The position numbers and the translations under genes are program-made. From an uncultured Dehalococcoidaceae bacterium (GTDB lineage Bacteria > Chloroflexota > Dehalococcoidia > Dehalococcoidales > RBG-16-60-22), in the NCBI GenBank assembly GCA_964597015.1, contig CAZQWO010000001.1, positions 1,291 through 65,290 on the forward strand: a stretch of 64,000 bases of DNA, read 5' to 3'. Of this stretch, positions 1 through 11,317 are shown in pieces. Every line of letters begins with the position of its first letter. The stretch's first letter is position 1. The notes under the pieces are model-generated. The model ran no database searches and had not been told where the DNA came from. It worked only from the letters and a program-made list of their open reading frames with translations.

Positions 1-971
1 TCATTCCACTGGGCATCAAGTCCGTAGCCTCCCGCCGTGACATCGCGGATAAGGCGGACATCGTTGGCAGCGCTCTCCCCGACGACATATACTTTTCGCT
101 TCAGGTTTTTAGCTTCATTATGCACCGAGTGCGCCAGTTCTTCTATGAAGGTGAAGGGGGACATATCAAGTATGGAATGGAGGGCATCCAGCCTCAGGGC
201 ATCAACGTGGAACTCCCGTATCCAGTAAAGCGCGTTTTCAATGAAGAAGCGGCGAACCTCATCGCTATCGGGCCCGTCAAAGTTCAGCGCTCGCCCCCAC
301 GGCGTCTGGTAGCGCCCGGTGAAGTACGGCCCAAAATCGGCAAGATAATTGCCCTCCGGCCCGAGGTGGTTATACACCACGTCCAGAATAACGGCCATCC
401 CCTGACGGTGGCAGGTGTCAACGAGCTGCTTCAAGCCCTCGGGGCCTCCATATGATTCCTGCACGGCGAAAGGGTATACCCCGTCATAACCCCAGTTACG
501 GTTTCCCGGGAACTGCGCCACCGGCATGAGCTCCAGGGCGGTAACCCCCAGCTCCCTGAGCATATCGAGGTGTGGGATAATGGCGGTGAAGGTGCCCTCT
601 GTGGTGAACGTTCCCGTATGCAGCTCGTAGATAATATAGTCCTCAAGCGGCGGGCCGGTCCAGCCTTCATCCTCCCATGAGAAGTTGCTGTCCACCACCT
701 GGGAGGGGCCATGGACACCCTGCGGCTGGAACCTGGAGGCGGGGTCAGGGTGCTCAGTCTTTCCATTCAGGCGGTAGAAGTAAAGGCTGCCCGGCGTCAC
801 GTTTTCGACGATGGTGCGATGATATCCTTTGCCATCTCTTTCAAGGGAAAGAACACGCTCATCGGGCGCAGTAAGACGGACTTCAACCTTGTCCGCAAAT
901 GGTGCCCAGACAAGAAATCGGCAGCGTCTATTGCCGAGATAGGTGGCACCAAGTCGGTCTTGACCTTTCAT
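1..971 (-). CDS. treZ: malto-oligosyltrehalose trehalohydrolase (TreZ-like GH13), 5' part; continues beyond the left edge
   Basis: Open on the minus strand to position 1, so it has no stop in the window and is absent from the ORF track. Own translation from ATG 971: [92 protein letters not shown]. The ATG overlaps the glgB stop (ATGA). Confidence 0.8.
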   Translation of the reverse strand, partial: MKGQDRLGATYLGNRRCRFLVWAPFADKVEVRLTAPDERVLSLERDGKGYHRTIVENVTPGSLYFYRLNGKTEHPDPASRFQPQGVHGPSQVVDSNFSWEDEGWTGPPLEDYIIYELHTGTFTTEGTFTAIIPHLDMLRELGVTALELMPVAQFPGNRNWGYDGVYPFAVQESYGGPEGLKQLVDTCHRQGMAVILDVVYNHLGPEGNYLADFGPYFTGRYQTPWGRALNFDGPDSDEVRRFFIENALYWIREFHVDALRLDALHSILDMSPFTFIEELAHSVHNEAKNLKRKVYVVGESAANDVRLIRDVTAGGYGLDAQWN

Positions 972-2929
972 TTGCCTCGTTTCCTTGGTTTGAAGAAAAC
1001 GATGGCCAGCGACGGAAGGGTTATGGTGAGAGAATAGGGACGGCCGTGGCAGCCCTGCGATGAGGCTTTAATGCTTTTCGGATTTCCCTGGCCGCTACCG
1101 CCGTACTCGACAGCGTCGCTGTTCAGGACCTCAACCCACCGGCCGCCACAGGGGACGCCCACTTTATACTGGGTATGCATCGTCGGAGTGAAATTGCAGA
1201 CGACGAGAACAGGAGTATCATCTGACTTCCCCCGACGTATGAAGCTGAGGGTGCTCTGCAGAGCGTCGCTGGTATCAATCCACTCAAAACCGGCCGGCTC
1301 GCAGTCAAGCTCATGCAGTGCTGGCTCGCTGCGGTAGACGCGGTTGAGCGCCTGCACCCAGTGCTGCACGGCGGCGTGCCGGTCATAGTCCAGCAGGTCC
1401 CAGTCGAGGCTGCCGTCGTGGCGCCATTCACTCCACTGTCCGAACTCGCCTCCCATGAAGAGCAGCTTCTTTGCCGGCTGCGCATACATGTAACCGAAGA
1501 GGAGTCTCAGGTTGGCCATTTTCTGCCAGTCATCCCCGGGCATCTTGCCCAAGAGGGAGCCCTTGCCGTAGACCACCTCATCGTGGGAGAGGGGCAGAAT
1601 GAAATTTTCACTGAAGGCGTATAGCATGCGGAAGGTGAGGTCATTTTGGTGGTATTTGCGGTGGACGGGGTTTCGGCGCATGTACTGCAAGGTATCATGC
1701 ATCCAGCCCATGTCCCATTTCATGCCGAAGCCGAGTCCGCCGAGGTAGGTCGGCCGCGATACCATGGGCCAGGCAGTGGACTCTTCGGCAATGGTCTGCA
1801 CGTCGGGGAAGCGCAGATATATCTCCTCATTGAGCTTGCGCAGGAAATCGAGGGCTTCCAGGTTCTCCCGCCCCCCGTATTGGTTCGGTATCCACTCCCC
1901 TTTCTTCCGCGAGTAATCCAGGTAGAGCATGGAGGCAACGGCGTCCACGCGCAGTCCGTCAACGTGGTACTTGTCCAGCCAGTAAAGGGCGTTGCTGATG
2001 AGGAAGTTGCGCACCTCGCTGCGCCCGTAGTTGAAGATATAGCTTTTCCAGTCGGGGTGAAAGCCCTTCCGCATGTCGGCGTGTTCATAAAGGTGCGTGC
2101 CATCAAAGAAGCCCAGCCCGTGCTCATCGGTGGGGAAATGGGAGGGCACCCAGTCCAGAATGACGCCGATGCCCTGCTGGTGCAGGTAGTCAATCAGGTA
2201 CATGAAGTCCTGCGGGGTTCCGTGGCGGCTGGAGGGGGCAAAGTAGCCGGTTATCTGGTAGCCCCACGAGCCGAAGAAGGGGTGCTCCATCACCGGCAGG
2301 AATTCCACGTGGGTAAACCCCATCTTGTTCACGTAATCAGCCAGAAGCGGTGCCAGTTCACGGTATGAGAGCGAGCGATAATTTTCGGCAGGCACCCTTT
2401 GCCAGGAGCCAAGGTGCACCTCGTAGACGGAGATGGGGGCAGCAAGCGCATTGCGACCACGTCGATTTGCCATCCATTCTCCGTCCCCCCAGGAGTAATC
2501 CAGGTCCCAGGTAACACACGCCGTCTTGGGTGGGATTTCGGTGAAAATGGCAAACGGGTCAGCCTTGTCAACCTGGTATCCCTTGTAGCGGGAGACAATG
2601 TGGTACTTGTAAAGGCGGCCCCTGCCCAGCTTTGGAATAAATCCCTCCCATATGCCGGACTGTCCCCGGGTTCGAAGAAGGTGACTGGTGTTGTTCCAGC
2701 CGTTGAAATCGCCAGCGACGGAGACCTGCCGGGCATCAGGTGCCCACACGGCAAAGTATGTCCCCTGCTCGGCACCGGCGGTGGCCGGGTGCGCGCCCAG
2801 CTTCTCATAAAGCCGGTGGTGTGAGCCTTCGTTGAACAGGTAGAGGTCGTCATCGGAAAGAAATGTCACCTCATAGGACACGGCTTCAGTATTCTTCAAG
2901 CCCGTTTGTGTTTCCTTTTTCCGTGTCAT
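968..2929 (-). CDS. glgB: 1,4-alpha-glucan branching enzyme
   Basis: Track ORF 968-3001 trimmed to Met MTRKKETQ at 2929, whose ATG overlaps the malQ stop (ATGA). GH13 branching-enzyme motifs: [39 protein letters not shown]. Confidence 0.9.
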   Translation of the reverse strand: MTRKKETQTGLKNTEAVSYEVTFLSDDDLYLFNEGSHHRLYEKLGAHPATAGAEQGTYFAVWAPDARQVSVAGDFNGWNNTSHLLRTRGQSGIWEGFIPKLGRGRLYKYHIVSRYKGYQVDKADPFAIFTEIPPKTACVTWDLDYSWGDGEWMANRRGRNALAAPISVYEVHLGSWQRVPAENYRSLSYRELAPLLADYVNKMGFTHVEFLPVMEHPFFGSWGYQITGYFAPSSRHGTPQDFMYLIDYLHQQGIGVILDWVPSHFPTDEHGLGFFDGTHLYEHADMRKGFHPDWKSYIFNYGRSEVRNFLISNALYWLDKYHVDGLRVDAVASMLYLDYSRKKGEWIPNQYGGRENLEALDFLRKLNEEIYLRFPDVQTIAEESTAWPMVSRPTYLGGLGFGMKWDMGWMHDTLQYMRRNPVHRKYHQNDLTFRMLYAFSENFILPLSHDEVVYGKGSLLGKMPGDDWQKMANLRLLFGYMYAQPAKKLLFMGGEFGQWSEWRHDGSLDWDLLDYDRHAAVQHWVQALNRVYRSEPALHELDCEPAGFEWIDTSDALQSTLSFIRRGKSDDTPVLVVCNFTPTMHTQYKVGVPCGGRWVEVLNSDAVEYGGSGQGNPKSIKASSQGCHGRPYSLTITLPSLAIVFFKPRKRGK

Positions 2930-5058
2930 CACCGAGGTTCTCCTCTCCTTCGGATTCGGTCCACCATACGTAGTGTAGCAACTACCCGGGGCATCTGGCA
3001 AAGTTCGTCAAGGCGATAGCGGGCCTTGTGGCGCCAGTTGGGATAGATGTCATCAGTAGTGGTCGGTATGTTCTGTGGCCTGGTCTCAAGCCAGAGGTCT
3101 TCCATGTTAACCAGCACCATCCCGGCGTCGCTGGTGCTCAAAAACGCCAGACAGGCCTTCAGAACTTCTTCAGCGCTGGCCGGTGTCCTATCCAGAAATC
3201 CCTTTGCCTGCAACAGTCTGACCAGTGCTCTTTTCTTTTCCTCCCAGAGCCTTCTCTCGCGGTTAGCCGCTACCCTGCCCAGAAGACCAAGGGCTGCCCT
3301 TTGCTCTATGTCTGTCCCGTTCCAGACAGCGGCAAAGGGAAACATATCGTGGGTATTAAGGCTGGCGATGGAGTCGCCGGGAACGGGTTTGAGGATTTTC
3401 CCTTTGTCAGCGGAGGCGAGTTCGTAGTGCAGAACGTACATACGGTAGACACCATGCTTTTTCATCGCCGGTCGGACATAGTGAGGCACTGTGCCCAGGT
3501 CCTCCCCGACGATTACTGTCCGGCTGCGATGGGACTCAAGGGATAAAATGGCGTAGAGCTCATCAGGATGGTAACGCACGTATGTACCCTCGCTGGCAGC
3601 CATACCTTTCGGTATGCAGAAGAGGCGGTGCAGCCCCATGACGTGGTCAATACGCAGCACGCCGGTGGACCTGAGGTGGTGGCGCAGGTAGGCAATGAAG
3701 TAGCGGTAGCCTTGATTCCGTATCCTTTCAGGGTGCAACGGCGGGAAGCCCCAGTTCTGTCCCTTGCTGAAAACGGCATCTGGAGGTGCCCCCGCGGAGA
3801 TGCCGGAAATGAAGGCATCGCGCTCCCGCCAGACGTCATAGCCCTCGGGGTGAATCCCAAGCGGGAGGTCCAGGTACAGCGTAACGTTACCGGATTGCGC
3901 TGTTTTTAACAGGCTGTTCATCTGTTCCTGTATCAACCACTGCGAGTAGAGATAATAACGTTTTGTCCCCTCGTCATAATCTCCTTCTTTGATAACACCA
4001 TTCGAGAGCGGTCGAGGCCACGCTTTCCATGAGGGCCCATGCCGTTCTCTGGCGGCACGGAAACAGGCGTAGTCCTCAACGACCGGGTTGGTTTTAATGA
4101 AGCGTAAAAGCGCATCGCGACGTTTTGAGGGTACGGCGAACAGGCACCGACATAACTCTTCCAGAATCTGCCGTTTCTTTATCATAATGCGGTGGTAATC
4201 CACTTGAGAGGCGCTACGCAGCGCCTCAATCTCCTTCTGAAACGACGCCGAGTCGAAAAGGGCCCGGGCTTTCGGGCAACTCCCCAGCTCCGGGACACTC
4301 ATAATGTCGAGGTAGAACTCATTCCAGAGAAGCCGGCTGGCCGGAATGTACGGACTCGGGTCTGTGGTATCGTCGAGAAAGGACGCGAGCATCGGCAGCA
4401 TGCCGACAATATTTCCACCCATCTCGCCCACCCAAGAAACGAGAGCCTGGAGGTCGGAAAGGTCGCCGCTGCCCCACCCCTTTCCTCTGGTGAGGGCATA
4501 CAGGGGTATAAAAACGCCCCATTTCCGATATGCTTCTGCTTCAGGGAGGTGATAGAACCGGGATGGGGCGGAGATGACCAGAGTCTCGGCAGTCTCACCG
4601 TTGACCTGGACCGAAAGCCGGTGGTATCCGAGTGGCAATATGCCTTTCCAGCGGAGCTCCTTTACTTCGTATTTCATCCCTTCCAGTTCTGCTATTTCCA
4701 GCGTCTTGAGGTCGCGGGCGAGATATGACTGTTCCCGGCACTCGCCGTTCTCCAGCGTCAGATGGCAGGTTAACGCAACTTCAGCCAGAGAGGCAGGAAG
4801 CCGTAAACTGAGTGAAGAGAGGTTGCCATTCCAGACCACGGTCACCGGCTCGAGGGGGCGCTGCCAGAGCTCTTTTCGCCGCGCCCGCAGGGCCGAGGGA
4901 ACGTCCTCCAGCCTTTCCAGAGGAGCCCCCAGGGCTTTCAGGATGATAAGCAGCGCGTCCACGGAGGTTGGCCGGCGCTGGTGAAGAACGCTGTAGTATG
5001 CCGTTTGCACACCATAGAGGTAGGCAAGTTCGTGGAGAGGCCCTGTAGCCGTACCCAT
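2929..5058 (-). CDS. malQ: 4-alpha-glucanotransferase (amylomaltase, long form)
   Basis: 709-aa ORF. GH77-like C-terminal half ([42 protein letters not shown]) with a long N-terminal extension. Confidence 0.85.
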   Translation of the reverse strand: MGTATGPLHELAYLYGVQTAYYSVLHQRRPTSVDALLIILKALGAPLERLEDVPSALRARRKELWQRPLEPVTVVWNGNLSSLSLRLPASLAEVALTCHLTLENGECREQSYLARDLKTLEIAELEGMKYEVKELRWKGILPLGYHRLSVQVNGETAETLVISAPSRFYHLPEAEAYRKWGVFIPLYALTRGKGWGSGDLSDLQALVSWVGEMGGNIVGMLPMLASFLDDTTDPSPYIPASRLLWNEFYLDIMSVPELGSCPKARALFDSASFQKEIEALRSASQVDYHRIMIKKRQILEELCRCLFAVPSKRRDALLRFIKTNPVVEDYACFRAARERHGPSWKAWPRPLSNGVIKEGDYDEGTKRYYLYSQWLIQEQMNSLLKTAQSGNVTLYLDLPLGIHPEGYDVWRERDAFISGISAGAPPDAVFSKGQNWGFPPLHPERIRNQGYRYFIAYLRHHLRSTGVLRIDHVMGLHRLFCIPKGMAASEGTYVRYHPDELYAILSLESHRSRTVIVGEDLGTVPHYVRPAMKKHGVYRMYVLHYELASADKGKILKPVPGDSIASLNTHDMFPFAAVWNGTDIEQRAALGLLGRVAANRERRLWEEKKRALVRLLQAKGFLDRTPASAEEVLKACLAFLSTSDAGMVLVNMEDLWLETRPQNIPTTTDDIYPNWRHKARYRLDELCQMPRVVATLRMVDRIRRRGEPR

Positions 5059-5059
5059 C

Positions 5060-8000
5060 TCACTCTTCAGCTTCCAGTATCTGCAGGACGCCCTGAAGTG
5101 GCAGATTAACCCAGTCTGGCCGGTTGTTCAGCTCGTAGTTTATCTCGTAAAGGGCTTTCTCCATGAGATACGCATCAAGGAGGACCTTTTTACCTTCCTT
5201 GGCTGCTGGCAGTATTGGTAAGTCAGAAATCAATTCCAGATAAGCCTTGAGAAACGCCACCGATACCCACAGGTACCAGGCTTTAGACCACTCCTCCAGT
5301 ATGGGGAGGTCCTCCTCCCGAAGCACTGTGGCTGCCCGGCTGCGCAGCGCGGCGTATGCGGCGTAATGGAAGGAACGTATCATGCCCGCCACATCCCTGA
5401 GCGGGGAGCGCTTGATGCGTCGTTCGGTGAGATAGCGGGCAGGTTCGCCTTCAAAGTCAATGATGACGAAGTCATCGCCCGTATAGAGCACCTGCCCCAA
5501 GTGGTAGTCACCGTGGCAGCGGATGCGCATACCCGTGATACTTTGCCTGGTAATTCTCTGAAAACGCTGGATAATGGTGCTTTCCTCATCGAGAATCGTC
5601 CTGGCAATAGGCCCGGCATCATCCGGCAGCTTTGGCAATCGCTGCTGCAGAAGGCGCAACACCCGATTGGCGAAACTTCTCATCGAATGGAAGAGAGAAC
5701 GCTGGTAGGCAAGAGAAAATGGCTCCGGCGTGAACCGGGCGTCAACACTGGCCGACGCCAGCATCAGGTGCAGCTCGGCGGTACGTTGCGCCAGACGCTG
5801 TGCTGATGTAAGGTAGGGGCCAATGGTCTCCTCCGCTGTCGACGGTATGCTCATTTCAATAATGTCTAACAAAGAACCTTTTATAAGCGGCGGCGACTCT
5901 ACTTCCGGGTGGGCTAACGCCCGGTCGAAGAAAAAGCCGAGCTCATCCAGAGTATAGCGCCAGGCGTCTCCCTCGTTGGGTATATAGCCGTGAAGTATAC
6001 CGAGTGTTACCGGTTCCGGGATGAACCGGTTGTGGTATTCAAGGGCGCCGGCCACAGGAGGCGCATTGGGGAAAGACGCTTTCTCGGTGAGAAACCGGCC
6101 TATCTCAAGTTCCGGGCTTATCCCTTCTTGCATGCGGCGGAAGAGTTTGAGCATCAAGCGGTCACCGTACATGATTGAGGTGTTGGTCTGCTCCGCCTTC
6201 AGAACAGTCTGAGACAGAGTTTCGGTAGCTGGCCCCAGTAATTTATGGAAAGCACGGGTTGGGAAGGCAGCTATCCTTCCCTCCTGTCCTTTCCAGCGTC
6301 GGCGCCGGGCTATGGCCTCAAGAAGAGCAGCGGTGAAATCATCCTCAATCAGGGCGTCAAAGATGACGCCTTCACTGTTTTCACCCCTGCGCTTTGACTC
6401 TAGCCGCGCGATTACGGACTGCGGCGATCCGCTTGTTATTTCACTGGCCCGTTCCCCAGAGGCGAAGGCAATGGGGATTAGGTAGGTTTCAGGGTCGCCC
6501 TCGGTATATTCTATATTCAAGAAAATAAACTGGGCGCTGGAACCATCACACGGTATGCTGACAAAGTCTCTTATGCTCGCAGCACGAGGGTGGCGCGCCT
6601 TGCCGCCAAACCAGCGCTTCTGACGCACATAGCTGAGCAGCACTGTGGCCAAAAAGGGCCGGATTTCACGTTTGAGCAGGTCCGCCCAGCCTCCCCTGAT
6701 GCTGAGCACGGGTACAGAGAGCTCGGCCGGTATCGCCGTTGGGCTTATCACAACTGGCTGTCTCGATTCCAGGGAAAACCAGTAGAAGGCGAAAGGGCCT
6801 AAAGTGAGCGGGTAGGGAGAGTCCTCAATGGCGGGGAATTCGGACTGCCCGAAGGCCTCAACAGGTATCTTGCCTCCATCGTTAGAAAGGTCAAGGTTGG
6901 CATGCTGTGCCAGTCGGGAGAGGTTGGCCACCACCAGAACGGTTTCTTCCTGAAAGCGGCGTATAAAGGCCAGAACCTTTCGGTTATCAGCCTGTACAAA
7001 TTCAAGGCTCCCCCGTCCGAAGGCCCGGAACCGTTTCCTCTGGGTAATCAAGTGCTTTGTCCACCAGAGCAGGGAATCGGCGTTATTCTGCTGGTTTTCC
7101 ACGTTGATTGCCTGGTAGTTATATTCAGGGTCGATAATCGGTGGCAGGTAGAGCCGCTGGGGGTTGGCACTGGAGAAGCCAGCATTCTTCTCCGGGCTCC
7201 ACTGCATCGGAGTGCGGACACCGTTGCGGTCGCCGAGGTAGAAGTTGTCCCCCATGCCGATTTCGTCCCCGTAATAGAGTACCGGCGTGCCGGGCAGTGA
7301 AAACAAAAGCCCATTCATTAATTCTATTTTCCGACGGTCGTTGTTGAGCAGAGGGGCGAGCCGTCGTCTTATGCCCAGATTTACCCTTGCCTGGGGGTCA
7401 AAGGCGTAAACCCGGTACATATAGTCCCGCTCTTCGTCGGTTACCATCTCAAGCGTGAGCTCATCGTGGTTACGCAGGAACAAAGCCCACTGAGAGGTGT
7501 CTGGAATGGCCGGCGTATGCTGCAGGATGTCCATGATGGGGAAGCGATCCTCCATGCGGATAGCCATGAACAGACGTGGCATCAGCGGGAAATGGTAAGC
7601 CATGTGGCACTCATCTCCATCACCGAAGTAAGCTATCGCGTCCTCCGACCACTGGTTAGCCTCGGCAAGCAACATGCGATTCTGGAATTGCCCGTCAACC
7701 TCATGGCGCAATTTTTTCAGGAAGGCGTGCGTTTCTTCAAGGTTCTCGCAATTCGTCCCTTCTCGCTCGAAGAGATAAGGCACGGCATCAAGGCGCAGCC
7801 CGGATACCCCCATATTCATCCAGAAATTGACGGCTCTTATAAGAGCCTTCTGGACCTGCTCATTATCGAAATTCAGGTCGGGCTGGTGAGAGTAAAACCG
7901 GTGCCAGTAATAGGCTTTGGCGATGGGGTCAAAGGACCAGTTTGATGATTCGAAATCCTTGAAAATAATCCGCGCATCCTTGTATTTATCCGGTGAATCG

Positions 8001-8425
8001 CTCCAGACATAGAAGTCCCGGAAGCCGCTTCGCTTCTTGGCGCGGCGTGCCCGCTGGAACCACGGGTGCTGGTCAGAGGTATGGTTGAGCACGAGCTCGG
8101 TGATGACGCGCAGGCCACGGGCATCGGCCTCTCGCAGTAAAATCCTGAAATCCCGTATCGTCCCGTATACGGGCTGGATACCGGTGTAATTGGAAATATC
8201 GTAGCCGTCGTCTTTGAGAGGAGACGGATAGAAAGGTAGAAGCCAGATGGTATTAATCCCCAGGTCCTGTAGATAATTGAGCTTCTCGGTGAGCCCGGGA
8301 AAGTCACCTACACCATCTCCATCACTGTCGTAGAAAGCCCGGGGATGGAGCTCGTAGATGATGGCGTCCTTATACCAGAGAGGGTCACTATCCTGCCAGA
8401 AATATTCTTTGTTTCTAGGTGACAT
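5060..8425 (-). CDS. treS: trehalose synthase fused to maltokinase (TreS-Pep2/Mak)
   Basis: 1121-aa ORF. N-terminal GH13 trehalose-synthase pattern (WYKDAIIYELHPRAFYDSDGDGVGDF, GLRLDAVPYL, LRNHDELTLEMV). C-terminal kinase-like half (RCHGDYHLGQVL, IIDFEGEP). Confidence 0.9.
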   Translation of the reverse strand: MSPRNKEYFWQDSDPLWYKDAIIYELHPRAFYDSDGDGVGDFPGLTEKLNYLQDLGINTIWLLPFYPSPLKDDGYDISNYTGIQPVYGTIRDFRILLREADARGLRVITELVLNHTSDQHPWFQRARRAKKRSGFRDFYVWSDSPDKYKDARIIFKDFESSNWSFDPIAKAYYWHRFYSHQPDLNFDNEQVQKALIRAVNFWMNMGVSGLRLDAVPYLFEREGTNCENLEETHAFLKKLRHEVDGQFQNRMLLAEANQWSEDAIAYFGDGDECHMAYHFPLMPRLFMAIRMEDRFPIMDILQHTPAIPDTSQWALFLRNHDELTLEMVTDEERDYMYRVYAFDPQARVNLGIRRRLAPLLNNDRRKIELMNGLLFSLPGTPVLYYGDEIGMGDNFYLGDRNGVRTPMQWSPEKNAGFSSANPQRLYLPPIIDPEYNYQAINVENQQNNADSLLWWTKHLITQRKRFRAFGRGSLEFVQADNRKVLAFIRRFQEETVLVVANLSRLAQHANLDLSNDGGKIPVEAFGQSEFPAIEDSPYPLTLGPFAFYWFSLESRQPVVISPTAIPAELSVPVLSIRGGWADLLKREIRPFLATVLLSYVRQKRWFGGKARHPRAASIRDFVSIPCDGSSAQFIFLNIEYTEGDPETYLIPIAFASGERASEITSGSPQSVIARLESKRRGENSEGVIFDALIEDDFTAALLEAIARRRRWKGQEGRIAAFPTRAFHKLLGPATETLSQTVLKAEQTNTSIMYGDRLMLKLFRRMQEGISPELEIGRFLTEKASFPNAPPVAGALEYHNRFIPEPVTLGILHGYIPNEGDAWRYTLDELGFFFDRALAHPEVESPPLIKGSLLDIIEMSIPSTAEETIGPYLTSAQRLAQRTAELHLMLASASVDARFTPEPFSLAYQRSLFHSMRSFANRVLRLLQQRLPKLPDDAGPIARTILDEESTIIQRFQRITRQSITGMRIRCHGDYHLGQVLYTGDDFVIIDFEGEPARYLTERRIKRSPLRDVAGMIRSFHYAAYAALRSRAATVLREEDLPILEEWSKAWYLWVSVAFLKAYLELISDLPILPAAKEGKKVLLDAYLMEKALYEINYELNNRPDWVNLPLQGVLQILEAEE

Positions 8426-8431
8426 TTTTAA

Positions 8432-10414
8432 TTAACCTCGCTTTCTCCGGCTTCGTTTTTCCACCCGGAAAATATGAGCGGGTAGTTTCACAGGGTTGAG
8501 CTCCACGTAGTTGCGCGGGCCCTTCCATGTGTAAGTGGCATCATCGAGGAGGTCATGTACCTGGTACTGCTGGTCCTGAGCAATCCCCAGTTCATCGAGA
8601 GAGAGGGTTACCCAGCCCGATTGCTGGTATCGGTAGTCCAGATTCACGACAACCAGCACTACGTTTGAGTAATCCTGAGTGCATTTGCTGTAGCAGATAA
8701 GCTGGTCATTGTCCACGGCATGAAAACGCAGGCTTTGGTCGCTCTGGAGCGCCGGGTTTTCCCGGCGAGCTTTATTGATAAGGCTTATAATACCCTTCAA
8801 GCTATCCTGCCGTTCAATGTCCCAGCGTTTGATTTCATATTTCTCCGAGTCCAGATATTCCTCGCTTACGGTATCCTTGCGGCGGTTTTCGCAGAGCTCA
8901 AAAGCGGGTCCGTAAATTCCATAGTTTGCCCCAAGGGTGGCGGCCAGGACCAGTCTTGCTATGAAAGCAGGCCTGCCTCCGTCGCGGAGGTGATTGCTCA
9001 GGATATCGGGGGTATTTGGCCAGAGACTGGAGCGGTAGAACTCCCTCACCGGTGTCCGGGTCAGTTTGGTAAAGTACTGCTCCAGCTCCCACTTGACATT
9101 GCGCCAGGTGAAGTACGTGTAGGACTGGCTGAAACCGAGCTTGGCAAGCTGGTACATGATTTTGGGACGGGTAAACGCTTCGGCCAGAAAGATGACATCA
9201 GGGTGGTCAGCTTTGATACCGCCGATTAACCACTCCCAGAACGCGAACGGTTTGGTGTGGGGATTGTCAATGCGGAAGATGCACACGCCGTTTTCTATCC
9301 AGAACAGCAGCACGCTCTTCATCTCCTCCCAGAGCTCCTGCCAGTTCTCGGACTCAAAATCCAGGGGGTAGATGTCCTGATATTTTTTGGGCGGGTTTTC
9401 CGCGTACTGAATCGTGCCATCGGGTCGCCGCTGGAACCATTCCGGATGCTCCCTGACATAGGGATGGTCGGGAGAACATTGAAAGGCGATATCAAGCGCA
9501 ACTTCGATGCCGTAATCGCTGGCCTTATGGACAAGTCTCTGGAAGTCATTCAGTGTGCCGAGCTGTGGCTGGATGGCTTTATGTCCCCCTTCCTCGGAGC
9601 CGATGGCCCAGGGAGTTCCGGGGTCGTCCGGTGCCGCGGTGAGGGCATTGTTCTTCCCCTTGCGGTTGGTGTGCCCAATAGGATGAACAGGCGGTAAGTA
9701 GAGGACATCGAATCCCAGTTCCGCGATATAAGGCAGGCGGGCTTCGCAATCCCGGAAGGTCCCGTGCCGGTCCGGCTTCGGGGAACAGGAGCGGGGAAAC
9801 ATCTCGTACCACGAACTGAAACGTGCTTTCTCGCGGTCAACTGTTACCACCAGTTCCCTGGGATAGGTAACGGCAAATCGCCGGTCAGCGTAACGCTCCA
9901 TAATCCGGCCTACAGCGTCGCTCAGCGCCAGCCGCACTTTTTCTTTCTGGGCGACCTGCTTCGACTGCAGGGTGTCTATCCACTCCGCTATCAGCCTGCT
10001 GTCCCGGCTGGAGGCTCCTGGCTGTGCCCCCGCAATTATATTGGCACCAATCAAGAGATTGACCCCGATGTCCCTCTGGCGGGCATCCACGCGTTTAACC
10101 AGGTCCTGGCGCCATGATTTGAACTTGTCAACCCAGGCGATTATGGTATATCGGTAACACCCGATTTTTTCCACAGCGAAATAGCCACGCCATCGGTCGT
10201 TTACCAGGGACTCCATAGGCGTCTCGGTCCAGTCTGGCTCGTCCTCACCGCGGTGCAGCAGGCATGCCGAGAGGGATTCATGGCCATCGGCGAATATGTC
10301 TGCCTCTACCGTAACCTCCTCGCCAATCACCCGTTTAATGGGGAAACGCCCCCCATCGATTTCAGGCTGGACTCCTTCAATAATTACTCTTGTTTTACCT
10401 TCTACAATCGGCAT
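8432..10414 (-). CDS. glgE: alpha-1,4-glucan:maltose-1-phosphate maltosyltransferase
   Basis: GlgE-type GH13 motifs (FRIDNPHTKP, FLAEAFTRPK, WPNTPDIL). First ATG is at 10414 (MPIVEGK); the track start at 10426 is a TTG 4 codons upstream. Confidence 0.88.
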   Translation of the reverse strand: MPIVEGKTRVIIEGVQPEIDGGRFPIKRVIGEEVTVEADIFADGHESLSACLLHRGEDEPDWTETPMESLVNDRWRGYFAVEKIGCYRYTIIAWVDKFKSWRQDLVKRVDARQRDIGVNLLIGANIIAGAQPGASSRDSRLIAEWIDTLQSKQVAQKEKVRLALSDAVGRIMERYADRRFAVTYPRELVVTVDREKARFSSWYEMFPRSCSPKPDRHGTFRDCEARLPYIAELGFDVLYLPPVHPIGHTNRKGKNNALTAAPDDPGTPWAIGSEEGGHKAIQPQLGTLNDFQRLVHKASDYGIEVALDIAFQCSPDHPYVREHPEWFQRRPDGTIQYAENPPKKYQDIYPLDFESENWQELWEEMKSVLLFWIENGVCIFRIDNPHTKPFAFWEWLIGGIKADHPDVIFLAEAFTRPKIMYQLAKLGFSQSYTYFTWRNVKWELEQYFTKLTRTPVREFYRSSLWPNTPDILSNHLRDGGRPAFIARLVLAATLGANYGIYGPAFELCENRRKDTVSEEYLDSEKYEIKRWDIERQDSLKGIISLINKARRENPALQSDQSLRFHAVDNDQLICYSKCTQDYSNVVLVVVNLDYRYQQSGWVTLSLDELGIAQDQQYQVHDLLDDATYTWKGPRNYVELNPVKLPAHIFRVEKRSRRKRG

Positions 10415-10517
10415 GATGCAACTCAATCTGTAACGATTTATATTCTGCTATTATACTATATATTTCCGCCTATTTTAGCTACTGGATGTATATACTGCGG
10501 TAGAGTTGGATATATGC

Positions 10518-11252
10518 TCATCCTGCGGCGTTTCCGCGCAATCTGGCTAATTCGCCACGCAGGCTTTCTATTTCTTTCGACAACTGGGACAGGGCTTTCT
10601 TTTCCGTGTCACTTCCTTTAACCAGAAACGAAGCCAGGTTTGCCGTCACCCCGCTGAAAAAGGCCACTCCCCCCAGCATCAGTACAGTAGCCACCGCTCT
10701 ACCGGCTGCTGTTACGGGCACCATGTCCCCGTAGCCGACAGTGGTAATCGTAACCACCGCCCACCAGAGCGCATCGCCGAAAGAATTAATGGAAGCCTGT
10801 TCCCCTCCTTCAACAGAGGCTGTCACTGTCGCAGCAATAATAACAAGGCCTATTCCGTAAACCAGCAGGAAATCAACGTGCACCAAACGTCTGAAGCCAA
10901 TCCAGGCCCGGGAACCGAAAATAAATATCCTGATAATGCGTAGCGGCCGGAAAAAGGGCACGACAACAACCAGTACTTCAAGCCAGTGCCTGCGGAGATA
11001 GGGCAATCTGTGGGGAGCAATGGCTGTTTTGATAATCAGGTCAACCGCAAACAGTGCCCATATTAATGAATCAAGGGTAAGAAACAAACTTTCTTCCTGC
11101 GCGGAGAGCTCCCATAAGAAAGGACCAACCAGAAGCGGAATCATAACGAAAGACAGAATCAGCAGCGGCGCTTCGGTTATCCTCTCTATTCGCAGCAGTA
11201 AAGCTTCCCTCTGGGAAATATCCGGTCGGTGAATGTTCGCCAGTTTTTTCAT
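10518..11252 (-). CDS. voltage-gated-type potassium channel (ion transport family)
   Basis: K+ selectivity filter TTVGYGD. S4-like arginine ladder RPLRIIRIFIFGSRAWIGFRR. Start moved to ATG 11252 (MKKLANI), which follows an AAGGAGGA Shine-Dalgarno. Confidence 0.85.
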   Translation of the reverse strand: MKKLANIHRPDISQREALLLRIERITEAPLLILSFVMIPLLVGPFLWELSAQEESLFLTLDSLIWALFAVDLIIKTAIAPHRLPYLRRHWLEVLVVVVPFFRPLRIIRIFIFGSRAWIGFRRLVHVDFLLVYGIGLVIIAATVTASVEGGEQASINSFGDALWWAVVTITTVGYGDMVPVTAAGRAVATVLMLGGVAFFSGVTANLASFLVKGSDTEKKALSQLSKEIESLRGELARLRGNAAG

Positions 11253-11317
11253 GGCATCCTCCTTACTTTGGTTACAACTGCCTGGCAAGTTGTATGTTTA
11301 TACTATAACTATACCTA

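Noticed and set aside
1646-2368. Long antisense or alternate-frame ORFs inside GC-rich genes (for example 1646-2368, 25301-25852, 30235-31014, 34822-35559, 35611-36165, 41510-42049, 58544-59284, 59827-60618, 63306-63797)
   Set aside because: Each is fully contained in a confidently identified gene on the other strand or frame, and each has a biased low-complexity composition typical of shadow ORFs.
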